Below are positions 26,867 through 43,105 of a stretch of 53,867 nt of DNA, piece by piece; the first letter of the stretch is position 1; every line of letters begins with the position of its first letter. The notes beneath the pieces were generated by a model that was not told the origin of the DNA, did no database searches, and was given only the letters and a program-made list of their open reading frames with translations. The stretch covers positions 253,380 through 307,246 of the forward strand of contig WELB01000021.1 in NCBI GenBank assembly GCA_009602725.1, in the 5' to 3' direction. The position numbers were made by a program, and so were the translations under genes. Origin of the DNA: Spirogloea muscicola (lineage: Eukaryota).

Positions 26867-29800
26867 ATGGCCCTGCGCCAGGCCGTCCTGATCCATGGCT
26901 CGCTGGCGCCGGGGTTGGCTGCCTCGGACCGCGCCAAGAATCTGCAATTGAGGTGAAATAGCCACTCGAAATTGAAGCTGGCAATGTACTGGCTTGCAAG
27001 TTAGCCCCATCGTCTGATATCGTGATAGATAGCCACAACGACCAGCCAGGCATTACAGCCAGCCTAGAGCAGTACGTCTCGGTCAAGTATGCCGTTTGCT
27101 GTCTCTGAGTGGCGCTGTCTGACGGTCAGTGGCAGCACTGTAGCTCGTTGTCAAGCGTGTGCATCCATTGCAGAGGGACAGAGTTGGCACCTGCCAGTGA
27201 CAGGAGGATAACATGCTATGCTCTTACTGTTGTGACGCTTTGTAGCTGATGACGACTTCTGCTTCGTCTGCAGCTTTGCATGTTGGCATTCGGCATCGAA
27301 GCTCTTGCCAGCTCGTCATGGGGGTGTGCTTAAGAGACGGACTCGGAGGTGGACAAATGCAGAGGCTATCTACGCAGACACTATAGAGGTGGCAAGATTG
27401 GTACGTTTGCAGGCATCACTTATCTTGTCCTGCGAAGAAAATCCTCACTGAAGTAGCATAACTTGGTGCTCCTGACTCTGAGCCACCAGCCTGTTGACAG
27501 GTCGGTGCAGCAGAGGAAGCTGGCCCTGCAACTGACTGTTACGTATCAATATATGACACGACCCTGCGAGATGGCTCCCAGGTACAGGTTTAGAGCTTTC
27601 TTAGAGCTTTCTGTGCATGGCTGCTGCAAGGTGCTTGTCGCAATCTCTTACCTATACTCAACAAAGCTGCACCTCCACTGCCGATAGAATTTACACACAC
27701 AGGGATCACTATCCCGTTGGCAACAGAAGCTGGAGCTGACAGCCTTCAACTTGGGGTGGTTGTTCACACCAGATGGTTGGCATATCGATGTCCGTGGAAG
27801 ACAAGCTGAAGGTTGCAGCCTTGCTCTCGGACTTTGGTAAGACTTTCTGAATGCCCTGCGCGCATGTTGGAATACTAGAATGTTGATTGAGTACTGACCG
27901 GGAGGCAAGTCAAGTTAAGGCTGCAATCTGTGTACTAAGTCCAGGGTATGACTTGTTATACAAGTTGTTCTACAATGCATTGTGGCCCAGGTGTCGAGTA
28001 CATCGAGGGTGGCTGGCCTGGCTCAAACCCCAAGGATGCAGAATTCTTTGCAAGATGGGATGAAATCAGGAGACATTCTCCCAGAAATTCAGGGCCACTT
28101 CATCAGAGCCCCACCAAGCTAGCAGCCTTTGGATCCACCAGGCGGAAGCTGTCGTCTTGCGAGAAGGTAAGTATGTTTGGTAAGCAGTGAACTGAAGGCT
28201 GTCTCTCCAACATGATTCTTGTCATACCTCATGGAAGTGCTCCTTTCCTCAGTGCAACTTGGTGTGGTAGAGCCCAAGCAATTCATGTGTCCTCTGAGAG
28301 TGCTTGTGGCAGGATGCTAACATCCAGGCACTGCTAGCAAGTGAGGCAGACGTGGTGACCTTAGTGGCAAAGGTAGGAGTGCATTTCACCTCCATATTTG
28401 TGGCTGTGTTGCCCCCAATCCTATTTCAGGTTATCTGGTTTGGTCCAATATCCTTATTTGAAAGGGAGCCCTAAACCCTGATCGTTGTCTCCTGGACGCT
28501 AGCCCTCCCGTCTACCTCCCACTCCAACTGTTACAGTCAAACTGGCAGTCCACTCAAGCACCGCCCTAGGCTTATGATGTGGTAGCAAGAATGCACTCTG
28601 CTGTTTCTTGATGTACTAAAGGTGGGGCAATGGAGAAAGCTTACATCTGGGCAAATTCTGCAATTTCATCACAGGCTTGGGATGAGCAAGTAGAGAGGGT
28701 GCTTGAGACGACTTTAGAGGAGAATTTGTGCATGATTGCAGAAAGTATATCATACTTCAAGGTGGACACAAATTCGCTCCACCTGCCGTGTGAATCAAGG
28801 ACTATTTGTCCATTACCTCTTCTTACAACTTCACTCGCAATATTGCAGTCTTACAGTCTTGCAGTCTTGCAAATTTTGTGGAGGATCGTCGAGCAGCTAC
28901 ACTTAACACCTGCAGATCATAACAGTAGTGTCAATTAGTATCCCTGTGTGCCGATGCAGGTCAGAGGGAAGGAGGTCATGCTTGATGCAGAGCATTTCTT
29001 TGATGGCTTTGCTGCAAACAGGTCGGCTTCTTGTCCATCTTTATGGCTGTGGTTTGTATGAGCGGTGTACAGCAAGCTCAGCACTTTGACCTCCTAGTAC
29101 CTATGCAAATGTTATTCTCATAGCAGGCGGAGACATTGGGTGTGCATGCCGCTAGGGATCAGCTGGAGTTGTGATTCTCAGACTCCCTGGATGACTAGTA
29201 GGGTGTAGATGGTAGATGTGCCTGCAGCTAGAGATCATTTGAGTGTCACAGGTTGCTTGCATTGCTCGTGCAGGAAGTATGCTTTGAGGTGCCTTGAGGA
29301 GGCCGCCAAAGCTGGCGCTGACGTCCTGGTTCTTTGTGACACAAATGGAGGATCCATGCCCTGGTCCATAGAGGTCTGTTTCAGCCCACACAAGTCATCC
29401 TCAGTACTTCTTGGATTCTTTGGAATGTGGACATTGAGGTTCAGGATTGTCTTGTCCATTTGCCAGCCACATAATAAAGAAAAGATTAAATTAAGACCTT
29501 GTCCTTGTGTTCTTGGGTTGTACCTACTCTGCAGGTGGTGACAAAGGCAGTGGTGGCAGCAGTTGCGAGCTGGCCACAAGTACGGATTGGCATTCACACC
29601 CATAACGACTGTGAGATGGCCGTTTCTAACAGCCTTGCGGCAGTCCGGGCTGGGGCGACTCTGGTCCAGGGCTGCATCAATGGCTATGGCGAACGGACGG
29701 GGAATGCCAACCTGGTCAGTTACTATCTGTGTCTGGTGCCTGTGTCACGATCTTACTTGCATGCATCTTGCTTTGCCCGTGGGGGGAAGGGGTAGCAGGG

Positions 29801-32800
29801 GGCTGCTCCCCTCTTGTAAGATGCACTGGAGCAGACCTGATAGCATAGTAATAGCTCAACTTACAAGGAACCTTCAACTGTGTGCCTCCTGTCAGCCGTG
29901 TCCTTGTTGACTCGGGGCACATGCATCCATTGTGTTGCCATGACTTACAGGGTCTCTCGTTTCGTCGCTTTCCATGCAGGTAAGCTTGATTGGCACCTTG
30001 CAGGTGAAGATGGGCTTTTGCTGCATCCCGCCCCAGTCGCTGTGCAGGTTGACAGGTATTGCAGCAGCAGTAGCCGAGCTTGCCTGCCAGCCTCTGCCGC
30101 CACAGCAGCCATTTGTTGGCTCGTCGGCGTTTGCCCACAAGGGTGGCATTCATGTGGCGGCTCTTCGCAAGGTCAGCATTCTCTGATGTGCGCCTCCTTG
30201 GTCTTTATTTCAAATACAGAGCTCATAGCTCTTTGCAGTCGGGGTGCCATCTCAAGGATTGCTTGCAATTGAGCTCGTAGATACTGTGCAATGAGTTGCA
30301 CAGGAAGAGAGTTAGCACCTGCTCATTGTGCTCGTGTCGACTCTCATTGTGTCTTGTCTCGAACCCTGATAACTCGTTTGCAAAATCTCCTCGCGTTGAA
30401 CAGTCCAATCTGCACATCTAGTCCTACTGGAAGCTATCACTCAAGCTGGCATGGACTTTGCTGTTAGCAGATGCCAGAAAGCTACAATCACATGGAGCCC
30501 TCATTGGTTGGCAATGAGATGCGATCAGTAGTCTCAGAGCTCTCTGGTCGTGGCAATATTCTCGATAAGGTCAGTATGGCATGTCATACCCAAGCTTCAG
30601 GTCAACCTCCATCTCTCTACCACAGAGTGACCATCCATGTCGTCTACTCAATATGTTGGGGTTGGCATTGCTTGTGTGCATGGCATGTATGTTGCACTGT
30701 GCTTCTAGATTCATTGAAGGGGTCCATCCAGCAGATAAAGAATCTGGGGCATTGTACATTCACAATCTTGCAGAGCTGAGCTCTCTTTGGCTAATCAATG
30801 GTGTTCTGATAAGTGCCGCTACATTGTCAGGCTGAGAGGGCAGGCCTGGAATTGGACAGGGATGTGGCTGGAAGCGTGCTTGCCCGGATCAAGGAAATGG
30901 AGAGCGAAGTAAGACAAAACCTCCCCTTATACAAAGATTGCCTCAGACTAGGCAACTCCACGTAATCGAATCATCTACACTTTGAATTGCATGCCTTGCA
31001 ATCTTGCAGTAAGTAGCAAAGAGAAGTTGATCACATTGTCGAAGAGTGTGGGACTTGCCATCTGAGCAAAAATCTCTTTCTCCGATTTAGGGCTGTGCAT
31101 TCGAGAATGCGTCAGCCTCGGTTGATATACTCATTGTGCGACGGGGCCAAGGTTACAAGCAGCCGTAAGCCTACAGTTGCCCTGATTGCATTCTCACCAG
31201 CTATCAACTTTGGGACTTGGGATTTGAATGCTGTCTTCTGATCGATTTACCTGATCTCGAGCCCCTGCATGTTAGCTTCGTGGTTGAAGTGTATGTGAGT
31301 TGACACGGGGGCAAAGTTTCATTGGTAGAGCACATTCTTATCAAGTCAAATCAGGCGTCTTCATTGATTATAATCTGCATCATCGCACAAGAGCATGTAG
31401 CCAAGTTCACTTTGTTACATATATGCTTTGCCGATTGAAAGCATAGTTGGCAAGTGTAAACCTGATGGCTTCCAGTCTATATAAACACTAAGAGTGTATA
31501 CCTGTCATGCACTGAGCTTGGGTCGTGGAGTGTTGCAGATTTCGAGTAGAAGAATTTTCAGTGATCTCAAGCAATCGTGGAGACTACGGGAGGGAGCCAG
31601 AGGATGGTGAGGAGGGAGGACGAGGCCACTGCATGGATTGGCACAGCAGCCACATCAATCAGGCCATTGTAAAGCTCCGGGTGGATGGCGAGTGCCAGGT
31701 ATGTCACCCACGAGATAATTTGATCTGTGGGTTTGTGATGCGTCAAGCTTTTGCTCAAAATAAGCTGTAGGAGCAGGATCATGTCAGATTATAGCTGATC
31801 GATAGTGAGCCCAAACTTGAAAACTGGATCTTACCGAGTTCTGCCACGTAGCCTGCTTGCCTGTGATACACAGGGTGTAGACCACCTCTGGTAATGTTTG
31901 CTGTTCTCCCTGTACTGATGATCATGGACTCTTGACTTGCAACTCTTGCTACTTGCCCCTAGATGACCGCTGCTGAGGGAAATGGGCCCGTGGATGCGCT
32001 CAGTCACGCACTGAGGTGGAAGTCTCAGCCAGATGAGATTTGTGCCTGCAAATGGCTCTAGCTTTTTATTTAGTACTCAGGCAATCTACAGGGATATATC
32101 TTGCAGCTTTGATGATGGCCTTATTGTCATGCAGTTATTGGCAAGACTGAAGATTCCATTGTTGCAGGAGCGCTTTGGAGAGGCATTATCCCCAGCTCAA
32201 GAAAGTGGAGCTGGCGGACTTCAGGGTGCGGCTGCTGGAGCCTTCAGAAAGGCGCAAGGGCACCATGTCGACCACGCGCGTGACAATTGACTTTCGGGAC
32301 TCCCTAGGCACCAAGTGGACCACGGTAAAGCCATGTCCTTTGACTTCATTTGCTGCCTGCTATACCTTCTTAGGCTTCAGCATGCGACTATAGGATAGCA
32401 TCCTGCCTCATGCGATGCTTATGCAGGCCCCATCCATATTCTGGCACGTGCTGTAGGTCTTGTCACTACTTTGTGGGACCCATATGGGCTGTTGCAACCC
32501 AGGAGGATGATGCTATTCCTCTGACAATTGAGAGCTGCCTCGTGCTGTAGCAGAACTCTCTATTTGACTACTGTCTTCCGATGAGGGCCTCTACCAAGCT
32601 GATCTGCATACTTACACGGGTAGATGATGATGCAAGCAAGTCTCACCTTGTATGCCAGGTGGGGGCACACACGTCCATTGTGGAGGCAAGCTTTCGTGCG
32701 CTCGTGGATGGCTTAGAGTTTGGGATTGTGAATTGCTCCGAGGTTCGTCGCACCCCAGCCACCCTCCAGCACGATGCTCAAGGATTGAAGCCGCATCTGC

Positions 32801-33046
32801 GCTGCAGAAGATTGACACCTACCAGCCACCAGTGGTCACCATTCTCTGGCAAACTGCTCATGACAGCAGCAAATTGCGACTTGCAAGTGCTGGTAGTGCA
32901 GCAGTCTAGCTCCGAGGCGGTAGCATGTCTGCAGTGTGCCCGGTAGGTGGCGTGTTTAAGGTGTCTGTGCATCAGCTTTTCTTGCAACTTCTGACGATGA
33001 TCTGGGCGGCATATGCGCGCAGGATGGTTGCACTATTCGCGGCTAG
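26867..33046 (+). CDS. cimA: Bacterial-type (R)-citramalate synthase (DRE-TIM, IPMS superfamily) with putative transit peptide, many exons
   Basis: [120 protein letters not shown] and [25 protein letters not shown]. Start MALRQAV at 26867 is phase-consistent with the next two exons. Last exon is 33023-33046. Confidence 0.85.
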
Positions 33047-35264
33047 CCACGTCTTGTCATGCCACACGGCAGCCTCTACTTCGAAGCAAACAGTGTGTCA
33101 CATAGAACTCAGCTCCTAGTGTGCAGCGCACAGTGCACTGAGCGCCTGCAGCTGCCCTCTTGGTGGCTATTTATTTGACGATGACCAAGGTTTCTTGGGT
33201 GGAGCCCTTGCGTAGAGCTCCTTGTTGGCTGTTAGCGGCTGAAGGGTAATCAAGTAGGATCGGGGTTGTGTTTGGGCTGCAATGGGCACCTTATCGACTG
33301 CTGAAGGTGGCAGGACAGGTGCATCTGATGGTGAGTGACGCACCAGGAGAGCCTGCACACACTCATGATGCTGGCTTTGGCGCGGCTGATGGCGATCTGC
33401 CTTGCAAAGCTGGCCAGAAGTGCACGCCCACACTGATCAATGCACCATGGGCACTCAGATTGAAACATTTTACGCGCGGGGGTGGTTGACATATTCACTT
33501 ACTTCTAGCATTCTCCAGCAACTCAGCTCAATGGATTGCAGAGGTGGCAATAGAGATGTTGGCAGTGCTGACATTGATCAAGTGGCAGGGCGGCGGCTCC
33601 GAGTGTGGTTTCCTAGTAGACGCACCCCCAAGAGGCAAGCCCATCAGCTAGGACCTGCACGAGCTACGCAGTGGCGCATCTAGGGGACTTTTGACACCCT
33701 CAACCTGAGAGGTTGGCTGCCAAGTGGAGGAGTGAGCAGCCCCAGACATAGTGCCAAGCATGAATGCTTTCAGTGCTGTGCACATTGCGTGCAAATCTTT
33801 GATCATGCCACACAGCAGTCTGAATCAGAAGAATGTCAGAAGCGTAGTCTTGTAACTGGCCTTCAAATAAGCAAGGCAGGCCTGGGTAAGTGCAACTTGA
33901 TTCTTGATGCAATAGTTGCGTGAGTTCATGTACTATTGCACAGTCTTACAACATATGATACCGTCGGATACGTACCAGTAGCCCAGAACTGATATTGAAA
34001 TTCATCATGAGCAACAAAACTGGCCTTTGAGACAGGACATCGGAAGCTGATCAATGCTGGTAGACAGTAGCTATGCAGCTATGTTACTATAGCTGACCAC
34101 AATGAGTGGTGCTTATTCAACATCAGGACATTGTTCCATTGTAGTTTCTTGCGACCCTCTTTTTAGCACAGAATGGCACCCCCAACTATTGAAATGGATT
34201 ATTGTCGACCAATGTACCATGGATTTCTCCGTCTGAGTGATGAAGTAATCAGCCACACAAAGGTGGAGTACAATTCAATTCAATGGTTGTAGCCTTGAAG
34301 CTATGCTGCGAAATCAAATTGGGCTGGCCACCGATCAGTAGGTAATGATGTCATACCAAGATTTGGTCTTTCAGCATATCATCCTGTTCGAGGACTGCAA
34401 TCTAAAGCAGCATGACTGTGTCCATGATAACAGGACTTCACTTCTGTGAGGTGATATGAGCAGATGAAAATGTTCGTAAGTGTTGTATCGCAAGGCATTG
34501 GCCTTAGCTTGCCACGTCATTTGCAATGCCACTACTTTGCACATTCCTATGACCATGATCTCTAACCTCTTGCACATCACGAGCCATTGTACATTCTTTG
34601 TGGACCTCGTTTGGGAAACTGGACACTGCGGGTGTCAGTTCCTTCGCTGACACCTCACGCGTACGTTGCACAACATGCATAATGGCTGACGCTGGTCTTC
34701 AAAGTGACACCTGCATATGCTCAAGGAGCCATGTTTGTGAGAGCCAAGTGCTTCTACACAAGCACCTCTTCACAATGTCCTACTATAGTCCACTGTGTCA
34801 ATTCACAAGAGGAAAATTTCCCAATGGAGCGGAGCTTCACTATCACGTGCACTGTCAATCTGACAGCTATGCACAGGGTACCTGTTACTTGCCTTGTTGA
34901 AGGTACCTACAGTCAGAATATACCTATCCATCAACAATGTATCTAATTATCTATCACAAGCTGCAACCAAGATGCACACAGCATGACAGAGATCCTCACA
35001 ACGTCACCTGGGGCTGATGAATACAGCGAGTAGTTCTGCATATGCATCTCTTCACAGAGACTCAATAGAGTCCACTATGACAAGTGAGACAAGGAATCTG
35101 ACAATGGAGCAGAACCTCACCATCGTTTACACTTCTAGAAAGCCGTTTTCATGGTAAAGTTCTACCCAATGAGAAAGTTCTACCCAAGTAGACTCAGCAA
35201 ACTCGTGGATGACATAAGCACCCTCTGAGGAAGGCAAGACACACATATATGTACACAGGTTCCG

Positions 35265-36286
35265 CTATGAGGTAGCAGCGCCAGGCAAGTGGGCTTTCCC
35301 ACCAAGCGTCAGCCAGACCGTGACTGTGGCCCAGTGCAGGAAGACGGGCGGCCAGACCGACCCTGTTCGGAAGAACAGTATTGTGCAAGCAAGCCCGAGG
35401 AGGGTGGTGACGACAAGAAAGTGGGGGTCATAGAATATGGGCCGCATTATCGGCGTCAGCAGCCAGGCGTTGAGAGGATGCCACAAGACATAGAGCACCA
35501 GTGATGCAATGCCCCAGAGAGCACGGCGGAGTGCTGACACGGGCTCGCGCGGGTGGGGGTTGGGGAGGACGCGGAATGCTGACTCCTCCAAGAGGCATGG
35601 CACGAAGAAAGACTTGATGAAGAGGCCGCGTGAGAAGGACACCTTGCCGAGGTCGAGGAGGTGGGAGTGGTAGACGACAGGAAGGATGAGCACCGCAAAG
35701 ATGAAGACGACGGGCACAGTCTTGGACCAATCCCTGCAAGTATGATTGGGTCCACACCACTATTAATCAATATCAGGTTGCTTATAGGCTAAGCATTAGT
35801 GCTCAGAGTGGCATGTCATCTCATCTCAGCTAGCAAAGAGGACCTGTTCAAGACAGTGTCTGTATGGGTGGTCTAGAGGGTCCAGGGTTTGCGGACTGTG
35901 CGCCCTCAGCTATCAGCAGGGGCATCCACCAAGATGCCACGACTAGAAGAAGAGCGCCTAGAGAGCAGGCGGCTTACTCGGGAGCAGGCCACGTGTAGAA
36001 GGCCGTAGTCAGGCGCTGACAGATCACATAATCGACACGTAGTAGGGCCTCGTCAGTGTCCAAACAATGTACAACCAAATATGATCGCAGTAAAACACCC
36101 CTGTGGACGCAATCCCTCAGAATATTGACTGCAAGTCCCATCACAGACCCAGACCCATCTGTTGCGCTTGTCATGGCCCTCTATGCTTGCAAAAGTATCT
36201 GATGCAGAACCAAGATCCCTGGACTGCCGTAGATACGTAGACTATTGGTTAGTTGTTGCACCCACCTGTCGCAGCAATGTCGCCAT
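35265..36286 (-). CDS. CPBP/Abi (type II CAAX protease-like) intramembrane glutamic protease, cyanobacterial-like
   Basis: Exons 36286-36266 (tentative), 36180-35978 and 35733-35265. Motifs PCLLEESAFR (EExxxR), YVLWHPLNAW and GSVWPPVFLHW. The true N-terminus may extend upstream. Confidence 0.82.
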
Positions 36287-37044
36287 GGAGGGCTCGGGCG
36301 GGTCGCTGTCGTCGTCGAGCTCGGGCGGCCGGAGCCCTGGCGTTCCCGCCGACAGCGATGCCCCGCGTCCGAGGTCGAGCCAGCCCCCGAGCACCCTGAG
36401 CAGCACCGAGAACAAGGCTCAGGTTGCCTCCGGGAGCTTCCAGTGTAGCATAGGGACTGAGCTCGTGTTGCTACTAAGCCGTCAGCACTAACCTTGACCT
36501 CCATCACGCCAATAAACTTGATATGATCTCCAGGGTAATCTAATTTTGCGGTATCTCCAGGATGTCAAACTTGAGTGCTGTGCGGCAGTGTGCAAAGCAC
36601 CTCGAGCTGACCACCTCTAAAGCTGCGCTGACGACACTGCTGCAGGCAAGCTGCGACTTGAACTCCTGCCACTGAACTATAACGAGCAAGGCAGCCGGCA
36701 GAAGACCTGCTTTCCGTGGCGTCCTGGCCAGAGGTCAAGCTGCCAGAAGACGAGCTGCCGTCGGGCTCATCGTCACAGTCTGCTGGCGGAGCGCCATGGC
36801 GCGGCCCCGCATGCAGGCCCTCGCGCGCCGCCCCTGCGCCGCTGCTGGCGGGCTCGCCATCGCCATCGCCGTAGCAAGAGAAGTCGAGCCTGTGCGGCCG
36901 GCAGCCGCCGCCGGCGCCGTCGTCCCCGTTGTTCGGCTGCGGCGAAGGTGCGCCCGCGGCGGCGGCGGCGCCGGCGGCGGCGGAGAAGAAGTCCTCGCGC
37001 GCCCAGCGGGGCGGCGAGGCGGCGTGCAGGAGCCGCGGGGCGAA

Positions 37045-37176
37045 NNNNNNNNNNNNNNNNNNNNNNNNNNNNNNNNNNNNNNNNNNNNNNNNNNNNNNNN
37101 NNNNNNNNNNNNNNNNNNNNNNNNNNNNNNNNNNNNNNNNNNNNNNNNNNNNNNNNNNNNNNNNNNNNNNNNNNNN
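37045..37176. other. Assembly gap (132 N)
   Basis: Run of N within a GC-rich GGC-repeat island. Confidence 1.
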
Positions 37177-37589
37177 GGCGGCGGGCGCAGGCGGCGCGGC
37201 GGCGGCGGCAGGCGGCGGGGCAGCGGCATGGGCGACTGCGCGGCAGTCTCGTCAAAGCTTGCCACGTGGCAGGTACCCCCTTCCCTGTCGCTGGCTGCTG
37301 TGGGGAGCGCCTGCCTGGGTAAGGCGTGGTGCCAGGCTTCCTTCCTGCCTGGCCTACGGGGGAGGCAGCGAGGAGACCAAGCGGCTCCCGTCGAAGGCCG
37401 CTCGTCTAACATCAGCAGCCGCGACCTTCGTCTACCTGAGATAGCGGGTGAGGGCTGTCAAGGGCCAGCCTCCCTGCAGCGAGCTACTCAGACCTGATGT
37501 TGCTCACTCGTGGGTACTGAGCTTCCCTCTGCATCGTCTATGTGTTTTGCAGTGTTTTGTAGTGTAGTCCTTTTCCGGCTCCTCTTTCG

Positions 37590-37890
37590 TTGGCTTTGGA
37601 CATTGTCCATTCTTTTTGGGCTGGCTTTGCCAGCCCCTCTACTTTAATGGGCGAGCACTTTCTTCTTGATCTCAACAGAGCCGATGGGCCAGCCCGCAGA
37701 CGAGAATAGCAGATCGTTCTTCTCTGAGTGAAAGCGCGTCCACATTGACTAGTGGCTGTGAGAGGCCAGCCCTCTCAGAAGGGGGCGATGGCCGTGAGAA
37801 AAGGAGGAAGGGGAGGACAGCTGTTTCAAGGTAAGGGCGATGACTTTGAGAAGCAAACCCAAAAGGACTGGACAAGGTCCGAAGGGGCAA
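37590..37890. repeat. Copy of the modular repeat family
   Basis: TTTTGGGCTGGCTTTGCCAGCCCCTCT...GCGAGCACTTTCTTC matches the reverse complement of ~3875-3930. GGGCGATGGCCGTGA and CCCAAAAGGACTGGACAAGGTCCGAAGG match ~4425-4450 and ~4620. Confidence 0.75.
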
Positions 37891-39064
37891 GAATCGCTCT
37901 ATCACACAGCCACGTAACCTGCTACTACGAATGGGTGCCCAAACCGACACAACCACAAGAGCATGAGCAAGGTCCAGGAGCGTCGGCAAAGCAAAAGCAG
38001 TGATATGGCCGCCCAGGCTTGTGGACGTCACATACTGCCTGCTGCAGGGCCGGCTTGCATTGCCAAATTGCCCAGCGCTCGTCCAAGTGTGCTCATGCCC
38101 TAAGATGAGCACACATGAGCACCCTCCCGTCGGGCTCGCCACCTGCAGTAGTCAACCGCTTGCTTGCTATCTGTATGAGAGCTTCCCTGCTAATCTCAAT
38201 CTGGTCGGATTTCAAACGCCGAGTCTGGTCCTAATGGCATCACAGAGCTCAGCAGAGGAGCCGCTCGACGAGCGACGAGCAGAGACGTCAACTGGTAAGC
38301 GCGAGGCATAGTGGTGGGGAGCCGATCGGATCGACCCATAGTGGATCAGCTCTCGGTGGTGGAAGATGGGTCTGGTGGCTGCTTAGGAGAAGGAAGAAGA
38401 GCTGCTGCGCGGGGATGGCTCTGCTGGGTCGCCTGTTGCTTCACAGCCGAATGCAGGTGCTGCTTCTCTTCAAAGTCTACCTGCCTCTACTATGCCCAGC
38501 TGCCCTGCCAGTCGACAGGCGCCTTAGGAGGGCTGCCTGCCGCCAGCAATGGTACCACTGAGGTTGTTGAGGCCCATTTTCGGAAAAGGTTGCTGGCAAG
38601 GTTTTGAGCAGGCAAATTCTAAGCACCTTTGCAGCTGGTAATGATGTCGTAGTACGGTGCTTGATGGCAGGCAAGTAATGATCAATTGCAGCGAAGACTG
38701 CATGCTGCTTGGCAAGAGAGCCATACAGTCACCTCTCATCCATCAACCTCGCACCATACTCAAAGCTCATACTCAAGGTGCATCCAGCGAGGGAGCAATG
38801 TCCCCTCTTTCATCTATATTGGCCACCTGCGTGTGAAACTACGTACATCTGCAATGGAGTGATTGACTGCCAACAAAATGTGCCTATCCATATAGCTCAT
38901 TTTCAGATGGCTGGGCATCCCGGGGTTCAGATCCTCGGGAGGAGTCGTACAAAGGGTTGCATGCGGAAGACTGAAATGATCGCATACAAAAGCTGCAATG
39001 CCAGATGTTCAGCAACCGGGAGAAACTCAGGGCTCCATCTCAACCACTACTGATGTTCCTCTCT

Positions 39065-39285
39065 CAGTGAGGCTGTGGCTGGGAGAAGCCAGCACAAAAC
39101 ATGCACGAAAGACTCTTACAGTAGAGGGCGATGGCTGTGATTAGCCAGCCCAGAGAAAGAGTGGGAGGACAAGAACTGTCACGAGGGATCTGGAGAAACA
39201 GCCCTTCCAATGTAAGGCAATGGCTGTAAAAGGCCAGCCCAAAGGAAAGTACAGGGCCTGGAAGGGCCGGAAGGCGCAAAAAAGC
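39065..39285. repeat. Copy of the modular repeat family upstream of GapA
   Basis: GGGCGATGGCTGTGATTAGCCAGCCCAGAGAAAGAGTGGGA resembles 4619-4657, and AAGGCCAGCCCAAA recurs. Confidence 0.6.
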
Positions 39286-39815
39286 AGGATACTGTTTGCC
39301 ACGACTTCCGCCAGTGGGTGCTCAATAACCTCTAGTCGGCCAGTGTACTCTCCGACCTGCGTCCACACATGGGGCACGGCCGCCAGATCGTGCGGCGCAG
39401 ATCGGGCGCCGGGCCGCGGGGCGCGCAGAGCCGCGGATCGCGATCGAGAATCGGACGGCCGGCGGGGGGCGGCCAAGCGGCGCGCTCATTGGCGGCCGCG
39501 CCCAGCGGGGGGCCCCTTATCCCCAGGATCGCCACGGCGCCGGCGGGGGGGCCGCCCTGGGCCACGAGTTCCCGGGCCCGGCCCGGGATTTGTCCACGGA
39601 TTTGATTCAAGGGCCCGGGTGGGGGCCCGTGCCCCCCGCCCCCCGGCAGGGGCGGCATTAACCCACGGTTTCGGGAGTGCTAAATGCGAGTCGCCGGGCC
39701 CGGTGTCCGTTACCGCCCAGCGGCGCCGAGGTTGTGATTGCGCTGGTCCAGTTTACACCCTCCCGACCTTCCTGCCAGCCTCGAGCCGCCGCCGCCGCCG
39801 CCGCCGCCGCGCGCC

Positions 39816-43105
<3,290 letters not shown>

